A DNA stretch of 64,000 nt, from positions 512,001-576,000 of the forward strand of contig CAXNJO010000002.1 in the NCBI GenBank assembly GCA_964202905.1, read 5' to 3'. This DNA is from Polyangiales bacterium (GTDB lineage: Bacteria > Myxococcota_A > Polyangia > Polyangiales > JADJQN01). Shown one piece after another: positions 7,768-15,694 of this stretch. The position numbers and the translations under genes were made by a program. Numbering within the stretch: the stretch's first letter is position 1; every line of letters starts with the position of its first letter. Below the pieces are notes generated by a model. The model was given only the letters and a program-made list of their open reading frames with translations, ran no database searches and had not been told where the DNA came from.

Positions 7768-8904
7768 TCACCCGCTCCCATCCCGCCCGGCCAGCGTGTA
7801 GACCGCGTTCTTCCGCGCCCCGCGTTTGGCGAGCACTCCGTCGCCGACCAGCTTCTGCAGCCGTCGCTGCACGGTGCGAAGGGGCGGCGCGTTCTTCCCG
7901 AGCCCCGCCACGATCGCCGCGCTGCCCGCCTGGCCGAGCCGCTCGACCACCTCGTACAGGTGCGCGTCGAGCGCGTCGGGTGGCGCGACGACCTTCCAGG
8001 GCAGGTGCTCCTCGTTGTCCCGCACGCGCCCGAGCGCCTCGAGCCGCTCCCAGAGCACGCGCAGCAGCGCCGAGGTGAACAGCTCGAAGTACTTCGTGAG
8101 GTCACCCTCGTCGGTCTCGAGCAGATTGATCCGCGCCGTGTCGAGAAGCTCGTGCTGCGCCACCGTCGCCTCGGTCAGCATCAAGAGTCCGTTGGCGTCG
8201 ACGTGTCCGGCGCGTAGCTCGTGGTGGAGGACGACGCTGACGGAACGCCAGCCGGGATACAGCAGCTTCAGCCCCCAGTAGAACGTCGCGGCTCGCAGCA
8301 CGGCCGACTTGGACACGAGCGGGTCCTGGTTCGTCCAGTCGAACATCGCCTTTTCCGATGGCGGCACTTTGCTCGCGTCCTTGTTCAGGTCGAGGAGCTT
8401 GCCCCGCTCACGCCTCGAATACGCCAGCCAACGCGCCTCCCTCAGACTGGGCGTGCCCTGGCTGGCGCGCTCGTACGCCATCGCTAGCTCCGGCGTGAGC
8501 CGGTTGTCGGAGCTACCTCGCGCTGTCGAGTAGTGGGCGAGCGCATCCTCGACGATCGCCGCGCGACGGATCGCCTCGGCGATGGGCTCGCGCTTGTCGA
8601 CGAGGCGCGCGCCACCAAGCACGGCCTCGACCTCTTCGAGCTTCACGCTCCGAAAGCTGCCGCCGACGACCCAGATGATCCGCATGAGCTTGGCCCGCGC
8701 CTCCAGCTCCTTGCGCCGGTAGTACGAGAGCGGGGCCGCCGTCATCTGGCCCGCGGCGTCAGCGATGCGGACGAGGCTGTCGACGAGGTTGGGCGTGATG
8801 GTGTACCGCCAGGGCTGCGGCGGCAGCTCGGTCAGCCGCGTGAGGAGGCGGACTTCCTCCTCCGAGAGGGTGGACGGAAGGCGTCGATCGCGCGGGCGTG
8901 TCAC
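7768..8904 (-). CDS. Fic-like protein lacking the catalytic HPFxDGNGR motif, with C-terminal winged helix
   Basis: YTITPNLVDSLVRIADAAG...LEEVEAVLGG Fic N-terminal pattern; GDLTKYFELF; LRTVQRRLQKLVGDGVL..RGARKNAVY wHTH; GTG start overlaps the upstream stop. Confidence 0.6.
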   Translation of the reverse strand: MTRPRDRRLPSTLSEEEVRLLTRLTELPPQPWRYTITPNLVDSLVRIADAAGQMTAAPLSYYRRKELEARAKLMRIIWVVGGSFRSVKLEEVEAVLGGARLVDKREPIAEAIRRAAIVEDALAHYSTARGSSDNRLTPELAMAYERASQGTPSLREARWLAYSRRERGKLLDLNKDASKVPPSEKAMFDWTNQDPLVSKSAVLRAATFYWGLKLLYPGWRSVSVVLHHELRAGHVDANGLLMLTEATVAQHELLDTARINLLETDEGDLTKYFELFTSALLRVLWERLEALGRVRDNEEHLPWKVVAPPDALDAHLYEVVERLGQAGSAAIVAGLGKNAPPLRTVQRRLQKLVGDGVLAKRGARKNAVYTLAGRDGSG

Positions 8905-9767
8905 CGCTCCCTCCGCTTCGTCGCCCGCTTCACGCGCGCCACGGCCTTCTTCAACCCCACGTCCTTCGGGTTGGAGAGATCTGCGACCACCGCGGTGACG
9001 GGGAGCTTGTTCCCGCGAGGCCCGAGAACGTCTCGGTAGACCTCCTCATCCTTTCGAAGGCGCGCGACGTCCTCGAGGACAGCATCGGCAGCGCGCCGAT
9101 CCGCGTCGGAGCGCACGTTCACGACGACGAACTGGGCGCGCTCGATTCCGGCGTAGCCGTCCTCGAGAGCCCAGTGCTCGGTGGGCGCCGGAGGCTTCGC
9201 GCGACGGACGTCGCCGAGCTTCGACTTCATCGAGCGACGCAGATCGTCGAGGACGCGTGGCTGCTTGAGCGCCATCGCCACGAGCGGCTCACCGAGCCCG
9301 CCGCCGAGGAGTCGCGCGAGCGCTTCCGGACTCTCGAGCGCCTCGGCGAAGTGCTCGATCGAGGCCTGGTGCGAAGCGGCGTGGTCGCGAACGACCCGAC
9401 GGAGCAGCGAGTGCCCCTTGGAGGGTACGGGCGCGACGAACACGGAGAGGTCGACGTAGTCGATGGGGCAGTCCCCTTCGATGAACACGGCCTCCGAGTA
9501 GTCCTGCATGAACGCGCTCGTGAAGAACGCATCCACGCTCGGCTCAGCGAATCGGTAGAGCGCCACGGCGCTCGCACCGGCGTCGCGGTAGCGACGAAGC
9601 TCGGCGTGGGTTTTCGGCGCAGACTCCTGCTCCTTGCGCAGCTTCGGGTCTCGCTCTGCCCGAACGCAGATGGCGAACGCGACCTCGGCGTCGAGCAGTC
9701 GCTCGACGAACGTCGTCTTACCCGCGCCGACGGGGCCCGCGGCGTGGATCAGCGCACGCTCCCTCAC
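8901..9767 (-). CDS. P-loop NTPase domain protein
   Basis: Walker A GPVGAGKTT near the N-terminus, VFIEG Walker-B-like; GTGA-coupled start. Confidence 0.75.
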   Translation of the reverse strand: MRERALIHAAGPVGAGKTTFVERLLDAEVAFAICVRAERDPKLRKEQESAPKTHAELRRYRDAGASAVALYRFAEPSVDAFFTSAFMQDYSEAVFIEGDCPIDYVDLSVFVAPVPSKGHSLLRRVVRDHAASHQASIEHFAEALESPEALARLLGGGLGEPLVAMALKQPRVLDDLRRSMKSKLGDVRRAKPPAPTEHWALEDGYAGIERAQFVVVNVRSDADRRAADAVLEDVARLRKDEEVYRDVLGPRGNKLPVTAVVADLSNPKDVGLKKAVARVKRATKRRER

Positions 9768-10972
9768 AGCCCCAACTCCCGGCCGAGCACCTTCGTCACG
9801 AAGCGTTCGCCCGCGCCTTCTGCGGCCACCAGCTTGCGCACGCGCTCCCGCACCTCGACCGCGCTGCCGTGGCGCTCCGCGGCCGCGAGCGTCGCGCGGT
9901 AGGCGTCCCACACGTCGACGCTCGTGATCTCGTAGCCGTAGCCCTGCACGAGCCAGTACAGCGACAGCAGCCCCGCAGAGGCCGCGAAGGCCGGCTGCTT
10001 CTCGGTGTAGTCCCGTGCGGCGCGCGCGAGCGTCTTCGGATCACAGGGCGTGCGGCTCGCGAGGGCGAGCGCCTCGTCGTACAGCCCCGCGTCCTTTGCG
10101 GCCGCGAACCACTTGCCCTCGTCACCGGGCGTGGTCTTCACGAGGTCCGCGAGGACTTCACCCGCCGCCTTGTGCGGGTACTTTTTCGAGACGGCGCGGA
10201 ACGTCGCGAGGTACGTGCCGCCCTGGTTCGCGCGCACGCCATACCGGGCGTAGGCCTCGTCAGCCATGCCCGACGAGAGGAGGATTTCCTCGCACACCGA
10301 GTCGACCTCGTGGTCGCTCGCCCATGGGCTTCGGCAGGACTCGGCGTAACGAAGCGCCTCGGCTTTCTTGCCGCTCGCTGCCATCGCCCGCACGGCCCAA
10401 TGCTTGTACGGCCAGATCGTATCGACGCGCAGCAGGTCGATGAGCTCGTCGAAGCGCTCGGCGCGGTAGAGCGCGCTCAAGCACGCCGAGGTCCCGTGGA
10501 AGTGGCCGCGCAGGGTCTTGTCCGGGCTCAGCGCCATGCGCGTGATGCCGACGAGCTTGTCCGCCCACGCGGACGCGACCTCCTTCGACGCGCACAGCTC
10601 GCCCCAATGATCGGCGAGCCGTTCGATGTACGGGATCTGATCGGCTTGATGCGCCTCGAACAGCCGCTCGAGCCAGGCGTCGCGCGTCTTCGCGTCGGCC
10701 GGCGCGCTGGCGATGATCGGCACCAGCTCCCCGATGGTGTTGCCAACCGCCGTACCGATGGAGCCCGACGAGCTGTCGACGTGCTCGAGCGCGGGCGACA
10801 CGCGCTCGAGGAATGCGATGGCCCCCTCGGCGGCGAGCACGGGGTCCTTCTTGGCGACCTTCTTGATCTCGGCGACGGCCTGCTTGATGCGCGTGATGGC
10901 CGGCTGCGATTTCCAGCCGAACGCATGCCGGCGGAAGCGCGCCTTGAACTCCCACTTGTGCGCCTCAGCCAT
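9764..10972 (-). CDS. Conserved hypothetical alpha-helical protein
   Basis: MAEAHKWEFKARFRRHAFGWKSQPA...; coding-like codon usage; overlaps both neighbours. Confidence 0.8.
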   Translation of the reverse strand: MAEAHKWEFKARFRRHAFGWKSQPAITRIKQAVAEIKKVAKKDPVLAAEGAIAFLERVSPALEHVDSSSGSIGTAVGNTIGELVPIIASAPADAKTRDAWLERLFEAHQADQIPYIERLADHWGELCASKEVASAWADKLVGITRMALSPDKTLRGHFHGTSACLSALYRAERFDELIDLLRVDTIWPYKHWAVRAMAASGKKAEALRYAESCRSPWASDHEVDSVCEEILLSSGMADEAYARYGVRANQGGTYLATFRAVSKKYPHKAAGEVLADLVKTTPGDEGKWFAAAKDAGLYDEALALASRTPCDPKTLARAARDYTEKQPAFAASAGLLSLYWLVQGYGYEITSVDVWDAYRATLAAAERHGSAVEVRERVRKLVAAEGAGERFVTKVLGRELGL

Positions 10973-12281
10973 CGCCGGGAACCTTCGCATCCGCCGCGAG
11001 CCGCAGCGAGCGCTCCGCAGCCTCACGCTCGCGGGCCAGCTCGGCGCGTAGCTCCTCCTCCGTGGGCAGGTACATCTGGTAGCGCGCGGCGAGGATCTGC
11101 TCGTTGTTCTCGGGCAGGGTGATCTTCGCCATCGCGTCGTTCTTCTCGGAGCAGAGGACGATGCCGATCGTCTTCGCCTCGTGCTCCGCGCGCTGGAAGC
11201 GGTCGAAGAAGTTCACGTACATCTGCATCTGCCCGAGGTCCTGGTGCGTGAGCTTGCCGAGCTTGAGATCGACGAGCACGAAGCAGCGGAGCAGGCGGTT
11301 GTAGAAGACGAGGTCGACGTAGAAGTGATCACCCTCGAGCGTCACGCGCTTCTGCCGCGCGACGAAGCAGAAGCCCTTGCCCAGCTCGAGGAGGAAGCCC
11401 TCGATGCGATCGATGATGGCCTGCTCGAGATCGCGCTCGCGCCAGTGAGACCGCTCGTCGAGCCCGAGGAACTCGAGCACGAAGGGATCCTTCAGCACGT
11501 CGGCGGGCACCTCGACTTCGTGTCCGCGCCGCGCGAGCGCGAGGACCTTCTCCTTGTCGCGGCTCTTCGCGAGCCGCTCGAAGAGGAGCGACGCGATCTG
11601 CCGCTCCAGCTCGCGGCTGGCCCAGCTCTCGCGCGCGGCCTCGATCTCGTAGAACGCGCGCGCCGTCGGGTTCGCGACCCGCATGAGGAGCAGGTAGTGC
11701 GTCCACCCGAGGTACGGCGGAAAGGGCGCGGGCCCGCCCGCAGTTTCGGTCAGCGCCGCTGTCCGGATGCCTCTGCGCGATTCGCTAGGCACTGCCGAGC
11801 GAATCTTCGACGACGCCGAAACGCTAGGCAGCGCCGAGCGTTTCTCGGGGCGACTCGCGGCGCCGCCAAGCGCCCCGGGCAGCGCCGACCCCTCGGGGTA
11901 CGTGAGGTAGAACTGCCGCATGTTGCGCAGGTTCGGGACGCTGAAGCCCTTGCCGACTCGACCCGCCAGACGCTTCGCGAGCCCCTCGATCACGCGCGCG
12001 CCATAGCCCGCGCGCTTCTCGCCGTGCTGCTCCACCTCGACGATCTCGCGCCCGATGAGCCAGTACGCCTGCACCGTCGCCGTGTTGACCGAGCGCGCGA
12101 CGTGACCGCGCGCCGCCTCGATGATGTCGACGACACGAGCGAAGAGCGCGTCCTCGTGGCGCGCGGTCGCTGGCTTCGTCGCCGCGACGGCCTTCTTGCG
12201 AGGCGGCTTCTTCACGACGCCACCGAGCACGCGCTGCCTGCGCGCCTGGTGTTCTTCCGGTGCTGGACGGTGCTCGCTCAT
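10965..12281 (-). CDS. DUF1016/YhcG PD-(D/E)XK nuclease-domain protein
   Basis: AYWLIGREIVE, GFSVPNLRNMRQFY, WTHY, KDPFVLEFL, FLLELGKGF, VDLVFYNRLLRCFVLVDLK, GQMQMY. Confidence 0.95.
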   Translation of the reverse strand: MSEHRPAPEEHQARRQRVLGGVVKKPPRKKAVAATKPATARHEDALFARVVDIIEAARGHVARSVNTATVQAYWLIGREIVEVEQHGEKRAGYGARVIEGLAKRLAGRVGKGFSVPNLRNMRQFYLTYPEGSALPGALGGAASRPEKRSALPSVSASSKIRSAVPSESRRGIRTAALTETAGGPAPFPPYLGWTHYLLLMRVANPTARAFYEIEAARESWASRELERQIASLLFERLAKSRDKEKVLALARRGHEVEVPADVLKDPFVLEFLGLDERSHWRERDLEQAIIDRIEGFLLELGKGFCFVARQKRVTLEGDHFYVDLVFYNRLLRCFVLVDLKLGKLTHQDLGQMQMYVNFFDRFQRAEHEAKTIGIVLCSEKNDAMAKITLPENNEQILAARYQMYLPTEEELRAELAREREAAERSLRLAADAKVPGDG

Positions 12282-12482
12282 GCTCTGGTGACCCGATGGA
12301 GGAGGCCCCGCGCAAGTCCCCGAAAGTCCAAGCGTTGGGCGTCGCTGCGCTCTTTGTTTCTCTCTGTTCGGCGACTTTATACGCCACCATGGTGGCGGAC
12401 ACCAAACGGAAAGAGCGCGAGCGACGTGGCGGCGGGGACCTCGCGCGCGACGACGGAGAGCGCGTCGGCGCTCTCGCGGCGG

Positions 12483-12785
12483 TGGCCAGTTAAACGTTCG
12501 CCGCCCCGTCCCGCCCGAAGGGGCCGAGCTGTTAAACGCTCTCGGTCTCTCTCTCCCCGGTGGCCAGCACTCGACGCCAAAACGCCGCCCCGCGCGGGAG
12601 AAACGAGCGCACGCGAGCGCGCTCTTCGCTCTCTGCTTGAACGCTGTCCACGCGCGCGGCGCGCTCGTCGAACGCGCAAAGCCGCGGAACTGTCGGGGAG
12701 AAAAAGAAGCGGCCTCGAGGATCTCTCCGCGAGGCCGCTGTTCACTGTCCGGTCGTCGAAGTTCGCACGACCGATGAAATGGCTC
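12483..12785. repeat. ~310-bp noncoding element end immediately downstream of tRNA-Asn (partner 7261-7571)
   Basis: Same colinear blocks as 7261-7571. Confidence 0.92.
12699..12739 (-). terminator. Intrinsic terminator downstream of tRNA-Asn
   Basis: 10-bp stem AGCGGCCTCG/CGAGGCCGCT followed on the minus strand by TCTTTTTCT. Confidence 0.75.
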
Positions 12786-12855
12786 CGAGACCTGGACTCG
12801 AACCAGGGACCATTCGGTTAACAGCCGAACGCTCTACCAACTGAGCTATCTCGGA
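12780..12855 (-). tRNA. tRNA-Asn(GTT), CCA encoded
   Basis: TCCGAGATAGCTCAGTTGGTAGAGCGTTCGGCTGTTAACCGAATGGTCCCTGGTTCGAGTCCAGGTCTCGGAGCCA, 76-nt cloverleaf. Confidence 0.98.
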
Positions 12856-12913
12856 ATGTGGGCCGCTTGTGTAGCGCGGCGCGGGGGACTGTCAAGAAGG
12901 AGGCGGTGACGGG

Positions 12914-13723
12914 TCAGGGGAGGCGCTTGACGAGGTGGAAGCCGAACTCGGTCTCGACCACGGGGCTGACCTGGCCGGGGGGGAGCGCGAAGGCCACGCG
13001 CTCGTATTCGGGGGCGAGGCGGCCGCGGCCGATGGTGCCGAGGTCGCCGCCGCGCTCGGCCGAGGCGTCGTCGCTGAGGGTGCGGGCGACCTGCGCGAAG
13101 TCGGCGCCGTCGAGGAGGGTGTTGCGGATCTCGGCGGCGCGGCGGGCGGCCTCCTCGCGCGTGCGGCGCACCTCGGGGCCCGCGTTCTTCGCGCCGCGAT
13201 ACCGCACGAGGATGTGGCGGGTGTGGACCTTCTCAACCGGACAGCGGCGCGCGAGGACGTAGCCGTAGGGCATGCGCACGACGTCGCTGAGACCGCCCAC
13301 CGGCAGCGCGAAGACGAGCGCGCGCAGACCGTCGTGGAGTGCGGGCCAATCGCTCTGACCGAAGGTGCCCATGAGCCCGCCGCGGGCGGCGCTCGTCGGC
13401 GCGTCCGACTCGGTGCGCGCGAGCGCGGTGAGGTCTTCGCCCGCCTCGACGCGCGCGCGCAGGGACTCGGCCCGCGCACGCGCCGCGCTCTCGTCGCGCG
13501 TGACCGTCGCCGGTGTGCGGTCCGCGCCCTGCCACGCGACCACGAGGATCTGCGCGCAGGCCTCGTCGTTGGCGGCGGGCGCGGCAGCGGGTGCGGGCAC
13601 GGCAGGCGGCGTCGCCGAAGGCGCAGCGACTGCGGCGCGCGATGGCTCCGCGGCGGGCTTGCATGCGGGCAGCACGACGAGCGCGAGGGCGACGAAGCGG
13701 GAGGACCGGGGCGACACGCGCAT
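12914..13723 (-). CDS. Parvulin/PpiC-type peptidyl-prolyl isomerase lipoprotein (two rotamase domains)
   Basis: Lipobox LPAC; RHILVRY, GADFAQVARTLSDD, GGDLG, ETEFGFHLVKR. Confidence 0.9.
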   Translation of the reverse strand: MRVSPRSSRFVALALVVLPACKPAAEPSRAAVAAPSATPPAVPAPAAAPAANDEACAQILVVAWQGADRTPATVTRDESAARARAESLRARVEAGEDLTALARTESDAPTSAARGGLMGTFGQSDWPALHDGLRALVFALPVGGLSDVVRMPYGYVLARRCPVEKVHTRHILVRYRGAKNAGPEVRRTREEAARRAAEIRNTLLDGADFAQVARTLSDDASAERGGDLGTIGRGRLAPEYERVAFALPPGQVSPVVETEFGFHLVKRLP

Positions 13724-13794
13724 GGGCGTGCAGCGTATCGCGGAGACGCTTGCGCGCCCATCGCCGGGGCTCTGCGACGCGGGTGCGCGCGCGG

Positions 13795-14526
13795 TCAGGG
13801 CGTCTCGAGCGGCGCGTCGACCTGGCCCATCTGCTCGTCGGTGGTGACGGGGAAGCGCTCGAAGTCGGCCTCCTGGACGGGGCGACAGCGGGCGCGCTGG
13901 AGCGAGCCGGCGATGGTCGCGTTGGGCGCGATGTAGAGCGTGAGCGAGACGCGCCCGCGGAAGATGAGGAAGACGTCCATCACCGTGAGCGCCGATTTGC
14001 GCCAGGTGAAGCGGCGCGTCGGCACACCGCCGGTGTCGGGGCAATCCCAATAGCCGGAGGGTCGCCCGTAGGTCTCGTTCATCGAGATGAGGTGGGGCGC
14101 GAGCGCCTCGGGCGTCGGCAACATCGAGAGGACCTGCAGCTGGACGAGGCGACCGGCCCGCCGGTCGAGCCCGTAGACGACGCTCGCGCCGTTGGGGAGG
14201 TCTTCTTTGCGGAAGAGCAGGACCGGGTCTTCGTTGCGGGGGTCGCGTGCGGAGGCCGGGCGCACTTCCTGGAGCTGCGCCTCGCTCATGCCCAGTTCGA
14301 CGCCTCGCAGGAGCGACGGCACGAGCGCGGCGGACTCCTCCCGCGCGCGATCGATGAGGCGCTGCGCGCGCGCACGCTCCTCGTCGGCATGGCGGGCATC
14401 GGCCGCGCGGCGGGCCTCCGCCTCGTGCGCCTCGGACACGCGCAGATAGACGACGGCGCCCGCGGCGAGGAGCGCGAAGGCGAGGAACGAGAGCGCGGGG
14501 ACGAGGCGGTTGCGCGGCGCGGACAC
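13795..14526 (-). CDS. Hypothetical protein with N-terminal membrane anchor
   Basis: Hydrophobic helix LSFLAFALLAAGAVVYL followed by a globular region; start uncertain. Confidence 0.65.
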   Translation of the reverse strand: MSAPRNRLVPALSFLAFALLAAGAVVYLRVSEAHEAEARRAADARHADEERARAQRLIDRAREESAALVPSLLRGVELGMSEAQLQEVRPASARDPRNEDPVLLFRKEDLPNGASVVYGLDRRAGRLVQLQVLSMLPTPEALAPHLISMNETYGRPSGYWDCPDTGGVPTRRFTWRKSALTVMDVFLIFRGRVSLTLYIAPNATIAGSLQRARCRPVQEADFERFPVTTDEQMGQVDAPLETP

Positions 14527-14645
14527 GGGTGGGCGAGCGTAGCGCAAACGCCGCGCAGGTCGCGGTCCGCGGCGTGTCGCGGGCACACGCGACGGCACCC
14601 CGCGGGGCGCGGGATCCGATCGCGCGACGTCCGGCGGCGTGCGCT

Positions 14646-15578
14646 TCAGCGCGCGAGCACGTGGCGGAGCGCGCCCGTGAGGTCCGGGAACGCGAACGAA
14701 TACGCATGCTCGGCGAGGACCCGCGGGCGCACGTGCTGGCCGTGCAGCAGCGCCTCGTCGGCCATCGCGCCGAGCGCGGCGCGGAGCGCGAACGCCGGCA
14801 CGGGGAAGAACGCGGGGCGCGAGAGCACCGACGCGAGCGCGCGCGTGAAGTCGGCGTTCGTCGTGTGCGCGGGCGCGACGAGGTTGACCGGACCGCGCAG
14901 CGTGTCGTCGCGGAGCGCGAGCGCGAGCGCGCCGAGCACGTCGTCGATGGCGATCCAGGGGAACCCCTGACGGCCGTCGCCGAGTCGCCCGCCGGCGCCC
15001 AACCGGAAGATCGGCACGAGCCGCTCGAGCGCGCCTCCGCGCGGCGCGAGCACGACGCCGATGCGCGGGTGCACCACACGGACGCCCGCGTCACGCGCGG
15101 GCTGCGCGGCGGCCTCCCACGCCTCGCACACCTCGGCGAGGAAGCCCTCGCCGCGCGCCGCGGACTCGTCGACCTCGCGCTCGCCCGTGTCGCCGTAGAA
15201 GCCGACTGCCGACGCGCTCACGAGCACACGCGGTCCGGCGCGTCGCGCGGCGATCGCGCGCGCGAGCAGCCCCGTGCCGTCCACACGGCTGCCGCGGATG
15301 CGCGCCTTGCGCGCCGGCGTCCAGCGCCCCTCGGCGACGCTCTCGCCCGCGAGGTGCACCACGGCATCGACGCCTTCGAGCGCCTCGGCGTCGAGCTCGC
15401 CGCGCGCCGGGTCCCAGCGGATCGCCCCCGTGGGAGACGCGCCGCCGCCACGCACGAAGGGCAGCACCGTGTAGCCACGCTCGGCGAGGTGGGCGCGCAA
15501 CGCGGTGCCGATCAACCCGCTCGCGCCGGTGATGGCGACCCGCCCCGCTTCCTGCTTCCGATCTTGCGCATCACTCAT
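14646..15578 (-). CDS. TIGR01777-family NAD-dependent epimerase/oxidoreductase
   Basis: ITGASGLIG, VHLAGE, SASAVGFYG, FLAEVCEAWE, PWIAIDD. Confidence 0.93.
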   Translation of the reverse strand: MSDAQDRKQEAGRVAITGASGLIGTALRAHLAERGYTVLPFVRGGGASPTGAIRWDPARGELDAEALEGVDAVVHLAGESVAEGRWTPARKARIRGSRVDGTGLLARAIAARRAGPRVLVSASAVGFYGDTGEREVDESAARGEGFLAEVCEAWEAAAQPARDAGVRVVHPRIGVVLAPRGGALERLVPIFRLGAGGRLGDGRQGFPWIAIDDVLGALALALRDDTLRGPVNLVAPAHTTNADFTRALASVLSRPAFFPVPAFALRAALGAMADEALLHGQHVRPRVLAEHAYSFAFPDLTGALRHVLAR

Positions 15579-15694
15579 CGCTACCTGCCTTCCGCGCCAC
15601 GACGTGCGCGCGGCGTCGGGCCGCGCAAACCCCCGAAAACATACGTCCTGCGCGCGGTGGCCCGGCGCACCCGCTTCGTGTAGCTTCCGGCCCC

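Larger units (their letters stand above)
7604..12820. mobile_element. ~5.2-kb integrase-less cassette integrated at the tRNA-Asn anticodon loop
   Basis: Bounded by the intact tRNA and the decayed half-tRNA (offset 5214 bp); contains only a four-gene operon and a noncoding end. Confidence 0.7.

Noticed and set aside
1..12800. Prophage or conjugative element
   Set aside because: No structural, replication, relaxase or T4SS genes are visible in the window.
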